Part shown: positions 1 through 8,169 of the stretch, in pieces | Position numbering within the stretch: position 1 is the first letter of the stretch | Layout: each line of letters opens with the position of its first letter | Virus record (IMG/VR): IMGVR_UViG_3300017780_002913 | Location: 1-26,574 of that record | Reading direction: 5' to 3' (one strand) | Source: a virus | Taxonomy: Duplodnaviria; Caudoviricetes | Length of the DNA stretch: 26,574 nucleotides | The notes under the pieces: model-generated | What the model saw: the letters and a program-made list of their open reading frames with translations, nothing else | Database searches by the model: none | Told to the model about the DNA's origin: nothing | Made by a program: the position numbers and the translations under genes

Positions 1-101
1 CAGCCGAGCGTGAGGCTCGTAAGAAAATGCGCGATGACATTGACAAAAAATTCGATGGGCAAGATTTTTTAGCAGCCATCAGAGCAAGGGAGATGAAATG
101 A
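1..101 (+). CDS. Partial (5'-truncated) small phage hypothetical protein, ...AEREARKKMRDDIDKKFDGQDFLAAIRAREMK*
   Basis: Open frame from position 3 to TGA 99-101. ATGA overlap with the next gene. AERE...AAIRAR ending is common in small phage accessory proteins. Confidence 0.7.
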   Translation, partial: AEREARKKMRDDIDKKFDGQDFLAAIRAREMK

Positions 102-343
102 CTGACCGAATTTCCGCGTATGCAATGGCATTGCACAGCGACATCAACACCGAGCGATTTCAGGTTGTCGAAAACGGCAAATTGCAAACCTATTGGATGG
201 GAACAGTCTACGGTGGTGGAGTCGCTACCGATGCCGGGTTCAAATTCAAAACACCAGAGGAGGCATGGGAAAACGCCAGCTTGTTTGTTGAGCAGTGCGC
301 CGAGATAGTTAGTGAGCGATTAAACAAGAAGGGGGAGAAATGA
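98..343 (+). CDS. Hypothetical phage protein (81 aa)
   Basis: AAGGGAG RBS upstream; ATGA overlaps at both ends. Confidence 0.75.
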   Translation: MTDRISAYAMALHSDINTERFQVVENGKLQTYWMGTVYGGGVATDAGFKFKTPEEAWENASLFVEQCAEIVSERLNKKGEK

Positions 344-879
344 CTGACCGAGAACTATTAGAGCTGGCGCTTGAGGCGTTGGAGCAAAGCAATACAAAAG
401 CCCCGTTCGGTGCTGATGGTGTTGTGTATTGGGAAGGCGTAAAAACCCACGAAGCAGCCATCGACGCCCTACGCGAGAGACTGGCACAGCCGGAGCAGGA
501 ACCGGTGGCGTGTATTGGTACAAACGGCGAGTTGATGTGGCTACATAAACCGCACGCAATTTACAGCAAGGCCCGACCTCTCTACACCGCTCCACCACAG
601 CGCAAGTCGCTGACGGATGATGAGATGGTTAAGTTCAGTCAATTCTTGACTGATGTTGTGACGGCTGCGGGGTTGTTGTCGCATGGTAAAACGGACAAAG
701 CATTGGCTTTACGACTTTCTGAGTTTGCGTTCAATCTTCGCACCGCCCCGCCCCAGCGCAAGCCGCTGACGGAGGAGGAAATGCGCGCACTTTGGAAAAG
801 CCACGGATACAAATCTGCGCTATGCATGAGGTTTGCCCGAGCCATCGAGCGCGCACACGGCATAGGAGAGAAAGAATGA
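340..879 (+). CDS. Hypothetical phage protein of the 'AQPEQEPVA...PLYTAPPQR' modular type (179 aa)
   Basis: GGGGGAG RBS, ATGA coupling, QEPVA and PLYTAPP motifs, internal duplication TAPPQRK(S/P)LT(D/E)(D/E)EM. Confidence 0.8.
   Translation: MTDRELLELALEALEQSNTKAPFGADGVVYWEGVKTHEAAIDALRERLAQPEQEPVACIGTNGELMWLHKPHAIYSKARPLYTAPPQRKSLTDDEMVKFSQFLTDVVTAAGLLSHGKTDKALALRLSEFAFNLRTAPPQRKPLTEEEMRALWKSHGYKSALCMRFARAIERAHGIGEKE
585..783 (+). repeat. 43-bp direct repeat (585-627 and 741-783), in frame, 156 nt apart
   Basis: caccgctccaccacagcgcaagtcgctgacggatgatgagatg vs caccgccccgccccagcgcaagccgctgacggaggaggaaatg, 36/43 identical. Confidence 0.85.
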
Positions 880-1235
880 ACAAACACACGCCGGGACCGT
901 GGATGGTTGGCATGGAGCGCAACGCTTCAGGGTGTACGCGATACATGGTTATGGAGCACACCCACACGACCGTAACAATCAATCCAGCGAGCTACTACGC
1001 AGACGGCCAGTGCCCCGAAACAGATGAGGACGGCTACTACCTGCCGGACCAGAACATTGATTGCGACGAGTTTCGAGTAGCAAATGCCCGCCTAATCGCC
1101 GCCGCACCTGATCTACTGGCAGCACTGCAAGGCCTGCTAAGGGGAATTTTTGACGGACCAGACGAGGCTAACGCCGCCATGCTTATCGCCAAAGCGAGAG
1201 ACGCAGTGAGCAAAGCAACTGGAGGAGAGAAATAA
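876..1235 (+). CDS. Hypothetical phage protein of the 'HTPGPW...ANARLIAAAPDLL' type (119 aa)
   Basis: Start placed at ATG 876 (ATGA overlap, AGGAG RBS) rather than 792. Hallmark N- and C-terminal motifs present. Confidence 0.8.
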   Translation: MNKHTPGPWMVGMERNASGCTRYMVMEHTHTTVTINPASYYADGQCPETDEDGYYLPDQNIDCDEFRVANARLIAAAPDLLAALQGLLRGIFDGPDEANAAMLIAKARDAVSKATGGEK

Positions 1236-1841
1236 CCATGTACGAATACACAGCACGAATCGAAGCCGTCGTTGACGGCGACACCATCGATGCCGTCATT
1301 GATCTCGGCTTCAAAACCAGCACACGCCAGCGCATGCGACTTGCCCGCATCGACACCCCCGAGCGTGGGCAGGACGGATACACCGAAGCGCGTGTTTTTG
1401 TCCGCGATGCCGTGCTCGAAAAGCTGGTGAAGATCAGGACAGAAAAGGTTAGCAAGTGGGGCTACTACCTCGCCGAGATCATCCTCGATGACGGCCGCAA
1501 CCTCAGCGATGCCCTGATTGAAGCAAAGCTTGCCAGAAGCTACGACGGAGGCAAGAAGTGAACCCAGCTTCCGACACCAACACCGCATTGAACGAGGCGA
1601 TTGACATCATTGCGCGCCGCGAAGCTGTGATTAGGGTACTTGAGCAGGACGTACACGAGCACTGCGCAGCATTGGCGCACGCGCAAGGCACCCGCAAGGT
1701 TCTGTTCAACCTGCTTGGCGAATGCCTGCCGCTGCTCAAGATCGATGCGCAATTCACTACAGACTATGAAGCCAAGGAAGCGATTGAGGCGCTGATCGAT
1801 CGCATCGCCAAAGCGCGAGATGCAGTGAATAAGGCCACGGG
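1185..1841 (+). repeat. 38-bp direct repeat at the 3' ends of two genes (1185-1222 and 1804-1841), both encoding IAKARDAV(S/N)KATG
   Basis: 31/38 nt identical by manual alignment. Confidence 0.8.
1238..1561 (+). CDS. Thermonuclease (staphylococcal nuclease-like) family protein (107 aa)
   Basis: VVDGDTI, DLGF and RLARIDTPE motifs; GGAGGAG RBS; no signal peptide. Confidence 0.85.
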   Translation: MYEYTARIEAVVDGDTIDAVIDLGFKTSTRQRMRLARIDTPERGQDGYTEARVFVRDAVLEKLVKIRTEKVSKWGYYLAEIILDDGRNLSDALIEAKLARSYDGGKK

Positions 1842-1854
1842 GGAAAAGGTATGA
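1558..1854 (+). CDS. Hypothetical phage protein (98 aa), helical
   Basis: GTGA overlap start, GGAGG RBS, ATGA overlap with the next gene. Confidence 0.75.
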   Translation: MNPASDTNTALNEAIDIIARREAVIRVLEQDVHEHCAALAHAQGTRKVLFNLLGECLPLLKIDAQFTTDYEAKEAIEALIDRIAKARDAVNKATGEKV

Positions 1855-2069
1855 AAACGCTTATTGCAAACATGAAGCACGCGGCACGCAATCAAGAGAG
1901 CGTTCACATTGGCGGGGGGTTCTTTACCCCCGATGAGTTGCTAGCCGCAACAAAACAATTTGAGGCACTTGAAACAGCGGCGCTTGCAGCACTCGAAGCA
2001 TTTGAATCTGGCCGCGCTGCTGATCGAGCGAACGTAATGAAAGCGTTGCGGGCAGCTCTGCAGCAGTAA
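1851..2069 (+). CDS. Hypothetical phage protein (72 aa)
   Basis: ATGA coupling, GGGGG purine tract upstream. Confidence 0.7.
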   Translation: MKTLIANMKHAARNQESVHIGGGFFTPDELLAATKQFEALETAALAALEAFESGRAADRANVMKALRAALQQ

Positions 2070-2137
2070 CCGAGAAGTTTGTCCGTGATAACGTCAAAAA
2101 ATTTTTGGCAGACGCCAAAACTAAAAGGGGAAAAGAC

Positions 2138-2281
2138 ATGAAATGGTTAAAACAAAAACTTTGCGACTGGATGAACTTTCGCGCACTTGTAGGGCGCGAT
2201 TACTCTGGCCGCGCGAATTGGCAGTGCTGCTTTACAGAGCTGCGAGATCTTGAGCTGAAAAACCGAGCAAGGGAATTGTGA
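2138..2281 (+). CDS. Small hypothetical protein (47 aa) MKWLKQKLCDWMNF...KNRAREL, absent from the ORF track
   Basis: AAGGGG RBS 7 nt upstream; TGATG overlap with the next gene; fills the gap. Confidence 0.6.
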   Translation: MKWLKQKLCDWMNFRALVGRDYSGRANWQCCFTELRDLELKNRAREL

Positions 2282-2592
2282 TGCAGCGAATTCGCCCGTC
2301 ATCAAGCTTTGTCGCCGAGCAGGCGGCTCGCATGACCCAGTTGCTGCAGCAGCGCTCGTCAATACATCGAGAAGAGCTCGAGTATCTGGTCGAACACACA
2401 GCCAGGCTGAAGGACGAAAGACTTCAGTCCGCGGTCGCTGGATTGATCGGGTGGGGAGATGAGGAGCGCGCAGAACTGGAAACCTTTGTTGCGATCGCGA
2501 TCGAGGTAATGAAGAAGACCAACGTGTCAAAGCTGCGCGAAGCTGCGCAAACAGTTGAGCTTAGGTACCTGGCAAAAGAGGTGCAAAAGTGA
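2281..2592 (+). CDS. Hypothetical phage protein (~103 aa), helical
   Basis: AAGGGA RBS; ATG 2281 or GTG 2278; GTGA overlap downstream. Confidence 0.75.
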   Translation: MQRIRPSSSFVAEQAARMTQLLQQRSSIHREELEYLVEHTARLKDERLQSAVAGLIGWGDEERAELETFVAIAIEVMKKTNVSKLREAAQTVELRYLAKEVQK

Positions 2593-2792
2593 ATGACCGC
2601 CCAATAACCACGGACGCACTTTGGTTTCGAGATCCGGACATCGACCCGCCGCCGCTCGCGTCCAGCTTGCTGTTACTGAATCCTGGCGGCGTGCTGATCG
2701 TAGGCAACTGGACAGACGATTGCTTGGGGTGGTGTCCAAAGCCGAAAATACCAGCAAGCATCAAGGATAAAATTACAGGAAAAAAGCCATGA
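2589..2792 (+). CDS. Hypothetical phage protein (67 aa), Pro/Trp-rich
   Basis: GAGGTG RBS; 4-nt overlaps at both ends. Confidence 0.7.
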   Translation: MNDRPITTDALWFRDPDIDPPPLASSLLLLNPGGVLIVGNWTDDCLGWCPKPKIPASIKDKITGKKP

Positions 2793-3022
2793 AGCACTCA
2801 GTGGAATCCGTGACAGAAGACAAAAGCCAAAGGTTTTGCACCAACTGCCAGGCCATGCGTGACTCTAGCACTGGTCAGTTGCGCCGATTGCGCACCACGT
2901 CCAGGTGGATTTGCCAAGCGTGTCTGGAGCGCAAAGCAAAAAGCATCTACGCGAGCAAGTCAAACCGATCATCGGATATATCAAGACTGATAGACATGAT
3001 TAACAACAAGGTGGCATCATAA
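2789..3022 (+). CDS. Small C4 zinc-finger/zinc-ribbon protein (77 aa)
   Basis: CTNC...CQAC pairs, basic composition, AGGA RBS. Confidence 0.7.
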   Translation: MKHSVESVTEDKSQRFCTNCQAMRDSSTGQLRRLRTTSRWICQACLERKAKSIYASKSNRSSDISRLIDMINNKVAS

Positions 3023-3048
3023 GCATTGAAATACAGTGGAGATGAAAC

Positions 3049-3144
3049 GTGATCATGTTTATTCTTGGGATGTTTATCGGGGCAGCGGCTGGTGTTTTGA
3101 TGACCGCTTTGTGCGTCATGGCGAGATCCGAAAGCCATGAGTGA
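3049..3144 (+). CDS. Small single-pass membrane protein (31 aa) MIMFILGMFIGAAAGVLMTALCVMARSESHE, DUF3789-like pattern
   Basis: GGAG RBS 7 nt before GTG 3049; continuous hydrophobic helix with GxxxG; overlaps the next start. Confidence 0.6.
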   Translation: MIMFILGMFIGAAAGVLMTALCVMARSESHE

Positions 3145-3406
3145 CAGTCTGCATCAGAAGATGGGTTTTCGCTCTCGCAAGCCGCACGCGATGACGAACG
3201 CCGAGCGGCAGCAGAAGTTCCGCAGGACTCGAGGTACGCGCCAGATTCAGCTTGGGCTTGACACGGATGTGTCTGCGGCGATCCTTTACATCCGCAAGGA
3301 GTGGGGTATCGAAAGCAACCGCGAGGCGTGCCAGGCAGCCATCCGTTTTTTGGCGCTTTGCACTCGTCAAGGACTGACGCGTTTGCCGCAAACCTTAGAT
3401 GATTGA
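3137..3406 (+). CDS. Putative small DNA-binding protein (89 aa)
   Basis: Basic AMTNAERQQKFRR motif followed by a strand-helix-helix pattern (RQIQLGL...) resembling a ribbon-helix-helix. Function is inferred. Confidence 0.6.
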   Translation: MSDSLHQKMGFRSRKPHAMTNAERQQKFRRTRGTRQIQLGLDTDVSAAILYIRKEWGIESNREACQAAIRFLALCTRQGLTRLPQTLDD

Positions 3407-3431
3407 CCGACGTATAGCATTGATGTAGTAT
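3403..3431 (+). promoter_or_regulatory. Sigma70-like promoter upstream of terS, with a 15-bp box at 3413-3427
   Basis: TTGACC (3403-3408), 17-nt spacer, TAGTAT (3426-3431); box TATAGCATTGATGTA. Confidence 0.7.
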
Positions 3432-3456
3432 CGGCTGCGGGACATTGCGTCTCGAC

Positions 3457-3484
3457 AAAAGCTCGCCTTGTGCGGGCTTTTTTG
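3457..3484 (+). terminator. Rho-independent terminator, possibly bidirectional
   Basis: aaaagctcgc-cttgt-gcgggctttttt: GC stem, T6 tract, upstream A tract. Confidence 0.8.
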
Positions 3485-3568
3485 TCTTCTACGGCCCCCG
3501 GCTCCGGTTGCAGTGCCCGTCTCCCACGAATGCCGGATGTTGCGGGGCCACCAAAATTCAGGACGAGC

Positions 3569-4072
3569 ATGGACAAGCGCGGAACAAAAAACGACAAGCC
3601 GACGAACATCGGCCCCGCGCTGCACGTCGAGTCCAAGCGCCGGGCAGCCGACGAGTTGAAGGCCAGCATCCTGGCCGTTGCCGATGAGGTCTTTGACCGC
3701 TATGTCTGGGGCGAGTCGTTTCAATCGATCGCGGAAGACCTGAACTTCAAGGTTGCTGGCTGGAAATTGCGGTCCATCTTGATGGAATCGGAAGAGACGC
3801 GCGAGACGTACGCAAACGCAAACATCCTGCGATCGCACAACCTGATAGATGCGGCGCTCGACTATGGCCGGCAAGCGGCCGCCATCGGCGATGCTTCGGG
3901 CCTTAAAGCCGCCATCGATACTAACCTGAAGATAGCCGCCAAGCTCAACAGCGCCTACAACGACAAGGCTTCACTCGAGCTCACCGGCAAGGACGGAGGC
4001 GCGTTGGAGATCAAAGCCGACTTGTCATTGACGGCGGAACAGGCTTACGAACGCCTGATCAGGGGCGAGTGA
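3569..4072 (+). CDS. terS: Terminase small subunit (~167 aa)
   Basis: Directly upstream of terL; HTH-like GESFQSIAEDL; C-terminal ELTGKDGGALEI typical of P22/Sf6-type TerS. ATG 3569 preferred over the track start at 3470. Confidence 0.8.
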   Translation: MDKRGTKNDKPTNIGPALHVESKRRAADELKASILAVADEVFDRYVWGESFQSIAEDLNFKVAGWKLRSILMESEETRETYANANILRSHNLIDAALDYGRQAAAIGDASGLKAAIDTNLKIAAKLNSAYNDKASLELTGKDGGALEIKADLSLTAEQAYERLIRGE

Positions 4073-5604
4073 TGGCCAACGCCTATCCAGACTTCGACTG
4101 GGCAAAGCCTGATTACGAGAAGGTCTTCGAGGTCAGGGTTGCGCGCATCCAGCGCATGCGCGAGCAGCCAGAGATTATTCCCCGCCTGATCGACTACTAC
4201 GCCGGACATCCGGCGGACTTCATTAACGACTTTGGAATGACGTTCGACCCACGTCTGGCCGAGCGCGGCATGCGCACTGTCGTGCCGTTCGTCTTGTTCG
4301 AGCGGCAGCGCGAGTTCATTGATTGGCTGCTACAGCGCTGGCTAAACCGCGAAGATGGCGTTGTGGAGAAGTCTCGCGACATGGGCTTGTCATGGCTTTG
4401 CGTGGGTTTTGCTGCGTGGATGATGCTCTTCAAGACCGGCACAGTGGTTGGCTTTGGCTCGCGCAAGGAAGACTACGTCGACCAGATTGGCAACCCGGCC
4501 TCACTGTTTTGGAAGGTGCGCGAGTTCATCAACCTGCTGCCGCGAGAGTTTCAACCAGGAAGCTGGGATCCGCAAAAGGACGCGCCGTTCATGAAGATTC
4601 AGAACCGCGCAACCGGGGCGTTCATCACTGGCGAGGCCGGTGACAACATTGGTCGCGGCAACCGGACCAGCATCTATTTCGTCGACGAAGCTGCGTTTCT
4701 TGAGCGCCCCGAGCAGGCAGACGCCGCTCTATCGCAGACTTCCAACTGCCGCATCTACGTATCGACACCAAACGGCGCAGGCAATCCGTTTTACCGTAAA
4801 GCGCACGATGGAAAAACGCCCAAGTTCGTGTTCGACTGGCGCGACGACCCGCGCAAGGACGATGCCTGGTACGACATGCAGAAGGCAAAGCTCGACCCGG
4901 TAGTGGTTGCGCAGGAAATTGATCGAAGCTACACGGCCTCGGTGTCCAACGCCTATATCCCTGGCGAGGTGGTGTCTGCTGCCAGCCGCAAGGGGCCAGC
5001 CGACATCATGGCGCAGGGTCCGGTAATCATGGGCATCGACGTGGCCCGCTTTGGAAACGACAAGACCTGCTTCACTTTCCGGCAGGGAAGGGTGCTGATG
5101 CGCCAGGTTGTCGTGGGCAAGCTTGATACCGTCGACGTCTACGGACGAGCCAAAGACGAGATCCGCGCGCAGCTGGGCGACGTTGCTCAGATTGCGGTCG
5201 ACTCCATCGGCATCGGCGCCGGCGTGGCCGACATGCTGCGCCGTGACTTCGGCGACATTGTGGTCGATGTCAACTCCAGCCTGCGTATGGACGACGGAGA
5301 AAACTACAACCTGCGCGCCAGGATGTGGCGGGACATGCGCGAATGGATCAAGGCTGGTGCATCGATTCCCAACGACAACGACTTGATTACCGACCTGACC
5401 GCGCTGCAGTACAGCTACCGCGGAGGCGTGCTGCTCATCGAAAGCAAGGACGACGCCAAAAAGCGCGGCATCAAATCGCCTGACCGCGCCGACTCGCTGG
5501 CCTTGACATTCGCCTACCCAGTCAAGCGCGAAACCAGTGAGTGGAACGTGCCAGTTGGCGAGAGCATGGTGTGGCAGGCGTTTGACGAAATTACAGCTTA
5601 CTGA
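4072..5604 (+). CDS. terL: Terminase large subunit (~510 aa)
   Basis: Walker A-like EKSRDMGLSW, Walker B YFVDEAAF, motif III VSTPNG, RNase H-like GIDVARFGND and SPDRADSLAL. Confidence 0.95.
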   Translation: MANAYPDFDWAKPDYEKVFEVRVARIQRMREQPEIIPRLIDYYAGHPADFINDFGMTFDPRLAERGMRTVVPFVLFERQREFIDWLLQRWLNREDGVVEKSRDMGLSWLCVGFAAWMMLFKTGTVVGFGSRKEDYVDQIGNPASLFWKVREFINLLPREFQPGSWDPQKDAPFMKIQNRATGAFITGEAGDNIGRGNRTSIYFVDEAAFLERPEQADAALSQTSNCRIYVSTPNGAGNPFYRKAHDGKTPKFVFDWRDDPRKDDAWYDMQKAKLDPVVVAQEIDRSYTASVSNAYIPGEVVSAASRKGPADIMAQGPVIMGIDVARFGNDKTCFTFRQGRVLMRQVVVGKLDTVDVYGRAKDEIRAQLGDVAQIAVDSIGIGAGVADMLRRDFGDIVVDVNSSLRMDDGENYNLRARMWRDMREWIKAGASIPNDNDLITDLTALQYSYRGGVLLIESKDDAKKRGIKSPDRADSLALTFAYPVKRETSEWNVPVGESMVWQAFDEITAY

Positions 5605-5605
5605 G

Positions 5606-7843
5606 ATGAATATGAGCAAACAAGACACTCCGCAAAACGTCGCCTACATGGTCGGCGATGACATGATGACCGAAGAGCAATTCGAGCAAATGCAAAAGCT
5701 TGAGGTCGAGAAGCTGCACGGCATGTTCACCAAAATGCGCGATGAATGGGTGCAGCATCGCGGCACGTCGGACGTCGAGAAGCGCTGGCGCCGTTCTGCG
5801 CAGTTGTACTTCGGCGACTCCCGCGAGATGGGCATGGGAGAGTTTGAGAACACCCTGCGCAACGGGCCGCCTGCGCGCAAAGCGCAGGACGGAAACCGCT
5901 CTCGCGTGGTGATCAACATCGTGCGCCCAAAAGTCGACCAGGCCGTGGCGCGCATGTGCGAAATACTGTTCCCGGTGGACGATAGGAATTGGGGCTTGAA
6001 GCCAACACCGATCCCCGACGTCGCATCAATGGTCGGCAGCAACGCGCCAACGGTAGACCCTGAAACGGGCGAGCCGACCGGAATGACGGCCAACGAAGAA
6101 GCGCAGGTTGTGATGAAGGCAGCCAAGGAGACCGCTGCCGCTATGGAACTGTCGATTGATGACAGCCTGACCGAGTGCAAGTTCAACGGCGAAAGCCGCA
6201 AGGGGCTGGAGGACGGCGTGCGCTTGGGGACGATGGTGATGTACGGACCATTCCCGGCGCGCCAAACCAGCAAGGTCTGGCTACCGCAGCCGGACGGAAC
6301 GCAGACGCTGCAGATCAACGAATCGATTGTTCCTGCCAGCATGCGGCTCGATCCGTGGGATGTGTTCTTTGATCCGTCGTGCGGTAACGACCACCAGCGT
6401 GGACGTGGCTTCTTCTTCCGTCGCAACGTAACGCGCAAGGAGTTGCGTCAGTTGGTTGGCTTGCCTGGCTTCGATCCCGATGCGGTCCGCGAGGTGCTGC
6501 GCCAGCCGCCGAACCGCGTCCGCGTGGCAGAGGGTCGCGTGCTGCGCGAGACCATCAAGGAAGACAGCTACGAGATGTGGACGTACCACGGCGAGATTGA
6601 GCCGGATGAGATGGAAGTGCTGTCCTCTCGCACGGGTGATCCGCTGACCGATGTAAGCTTTGGCGTGTTGGTGATTGTCAATGACAAAATCGTTGGCGCT
6701 ATGCCCTCTTGGGTTGCGGACCAGACGCTGCCGGTGGACGTCTGGTGCTGGCGCAAAAGCGACAGCAGTCCCTATGGTTTTGGCCTGCCGGATGAGCTCG
6801 AACACCAGCAGCGCGTGGTCAATTCTGCCTGGCGGCAGGTGATGGACAACGGCCGCACCTCCCTGGGCGGTCAGATCGTGATGAAGAAAGGCATGGTCAT
6901 CCCGCAGAACAATTCGTGGGAGATCACACCGAACAAGATCTGGTTGGCCAAAGATGATTTGGTCGACGTGCGCCAAGCTTTCAGCGTGTTTGAATTCAAC
7001 TCGCACTTGCAGGAACTGCTGTCGATTGCGCAGGCTGCCATGCAGTTTGCGGATGTAGAGTCGAGCATGCCGCAGATCATGGGTGGCGAGCAGGGTAGCG
7101 CACCAGAGACAGTCGGCGGCATGGTGATGCTTTACAACAACGCCAACGCGGTGTTGCGCCAGCGAGTGAAGCTGTACGACGACAACGTCACTCGGCCGCA
7201 CATTGCGCGCTACTACGACTGGAAGATGTCAAGCGATCCTGATCCAAAGATTAAGGGGGACTTTGAGATCGACGCTCGCGGCAGCACGGCCCTAATTGAG
7301 CGCGATATCCAGAACCAGGCTCTGCTGAACCTGGCCAACATCACGAACAATCCGCGCTACATCCCGTTGCTCAATGAGCGGGAAGAACTCAAAGCGATCC
7401 TGAAGGCATTCAAAGTCAACCCTGACGAGATCATGAAGACTGAAGATCAGGTCAAGCAGGAAATGGAGCAGCAGGCTCAGCAGGGCGCGCCGGAGGATCC
7501 GAGGATCGCCGTGGCGCAGATGGCGCTGCAAGGTAAGCAGATGGACATCGAGGACCGCAAGGAGCAGCGCGCGGTTGACTCGCAGCTTGCTCAGGCAGAG
7601 ATGGAAACCAAGCAGCAAAACACGATGTACCAGATCGAGCGCGAGCGTTCCGAAGCTGAGCAATCGATGATTGAGCGGCAATTTGAGCGCGAGCTGGCTA
7701 TTTCCAAAATGGAGCAGGACGGCGTGATGACTCGCGAAGAGATGACTCGCAAAGAGCGGCTTGAGATGCTAAAGCTTGATCAAAAAAATCAACTGTTCAA
7801 TGCCGAAGCTGCTATCAAAGCCAGACAAGGCTCAGGAATTTAA
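5606..7843 (+). CDS. Portal protein with long C-terminal coiled coil (~745 aa)
   Basis: Follows terL; size and VINIVRPKVD, DPWDVFFDP and SPYGFGL motifs resemble podovirus (P22-type) portals; Q/E-rich helical tail. Start ATG 5606 or 5612. Confidence 0.88.
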   Translation: MNMSKQDTPQNVAYMVGDDMMTEEQFEQMQKLEVEKLHGMFTKMRDEWVQHRGTSDVEKRWRRSAQLYFGDSREMGMGEFENTLRNGPPARKAQDGNRSRVVINIVRPKVDQAVARMCEILFPVDDRNWGLKPTPIPDVASMVGSNAPTVDPETGEPTGMTANEEAQVVMKAAKETAAAMELSIDDSLTECKFNGESRKGLEDGVRLGTMVMYGPFPARQTSKVWLPQPDGTQTLQINESIVPASMRLDPWDVFFDPSCGNDHQRGRGFFFRRNVTRKELRQLVGLPGFDPDAVREVLRQPPNRVRVAEGRVLRETIKEDSYEMWTYHGEIEPDEMEVLSSRTGDPLTDVSFGVLVIVNDKIVGAMPSWVADQTLPVDVWCWRKSDSSPYGFGLPDELEHQQRVVNSAWRQVMDNGRTSLGGQIVMKKGMVIPQNNSWEITPNKIWLAKDDLVDVRQAFSVFEFNSHLQELLSIAQAAMQFADVESSMPQIMGGEQGSAPETVGGMVMLYNNANAVLRQRVKLYDDNVTRPHIARYYDWKMSSDPDPKIKGDFEIDARGSTALIERDIQNQALLNLANITNNPRYIPLLNEREELKAILKAFKVNPDEIMKTEDQVKQEMEQQAQQGAPEDPRIAVAQMALQGKQMDIEDRKEQRAVDSQLAQAEMETKQQNTMYQIERERSEAEQSMIERQFERELAISKMEQDGVMTREEMTRKERLEMLKLDQKNQLFNAEAAIKARQGSGI

Positions 7844-7854
7844 GGAGTATTTCA

Positions 7855-8157
7855 ATGCCTTTATTGGACATCACAGAGTACGGAGAGCTTGCTTCAGCCG
7901 GTCGGGGGAGCCTGATCATGGCTGGACAAGAGCCTAGCATCAGAAATCAGCAAATCAGTATTGCAGCATCATCCGCTCAGTCTGGCGTGCTTTCAGATGT
8001 GACCAGATTTGTTCGACTGCACGCAGATGCAGCCTGCCGCATTTCTGTTGGATCAAACCCCATAGCGTCTTCTGCTTCCATGCGAATGGGGGCTGGAGGC
8101 ACTGAGTATATCGGCGTTACGCCGGGTCTTAAAATTGCGGTAATCGTATCCACTTAA
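7855..8157 (+). CDS. Hypothetical all-beta protein (100 aa), putative virion accessory
   Basis: TAAGGAG RBS; beta-strand pattern (TRFVRLHADAACRISVG); located among structural genes. Confidence 0.7.
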   Translation: MPLLDITEYGELASAGRGSLIMAGQEPSIRNQQISIAASSAQSGVLSDVTRFVRLHADAACRISVGSNPIASSASMRMGAGGTEYIGVTPGLKIAVIVST

Positions 8158-8169
8158 CAGGAGTTTATA

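Noticed and set aside
2092-2114. Near-palindrome caaaaaatttttg in the 2070-2137 gap
   Set aside because: Low-complexity A/T run, single occurrence, no supporting promoter.
3019-3033. ATAAGCATTGAAATA as a fifth copy of the 15-bp box
   Set aside because: Only the core and right half match; could be chance in AT-rich intergenic DNA.
3470-3568. ORF-track N-terminal extensions (terS from 3470; also 792, 5537, 13789, 22398, 23059, 23171, 23664)
   Set aside because: They overlap terminators or upstream genes; downstream ATGs have better RBSs or coupling overlaps.
4729-7681. Long minus-strand ORFs (4729-5628, 5644-6438, 6281-7201, 7292-7681) and similar ones elsewhere
   Set aside because: Antisense shadows of GC-biased terL, portal and other genes; no RBS or recognisable motifs.
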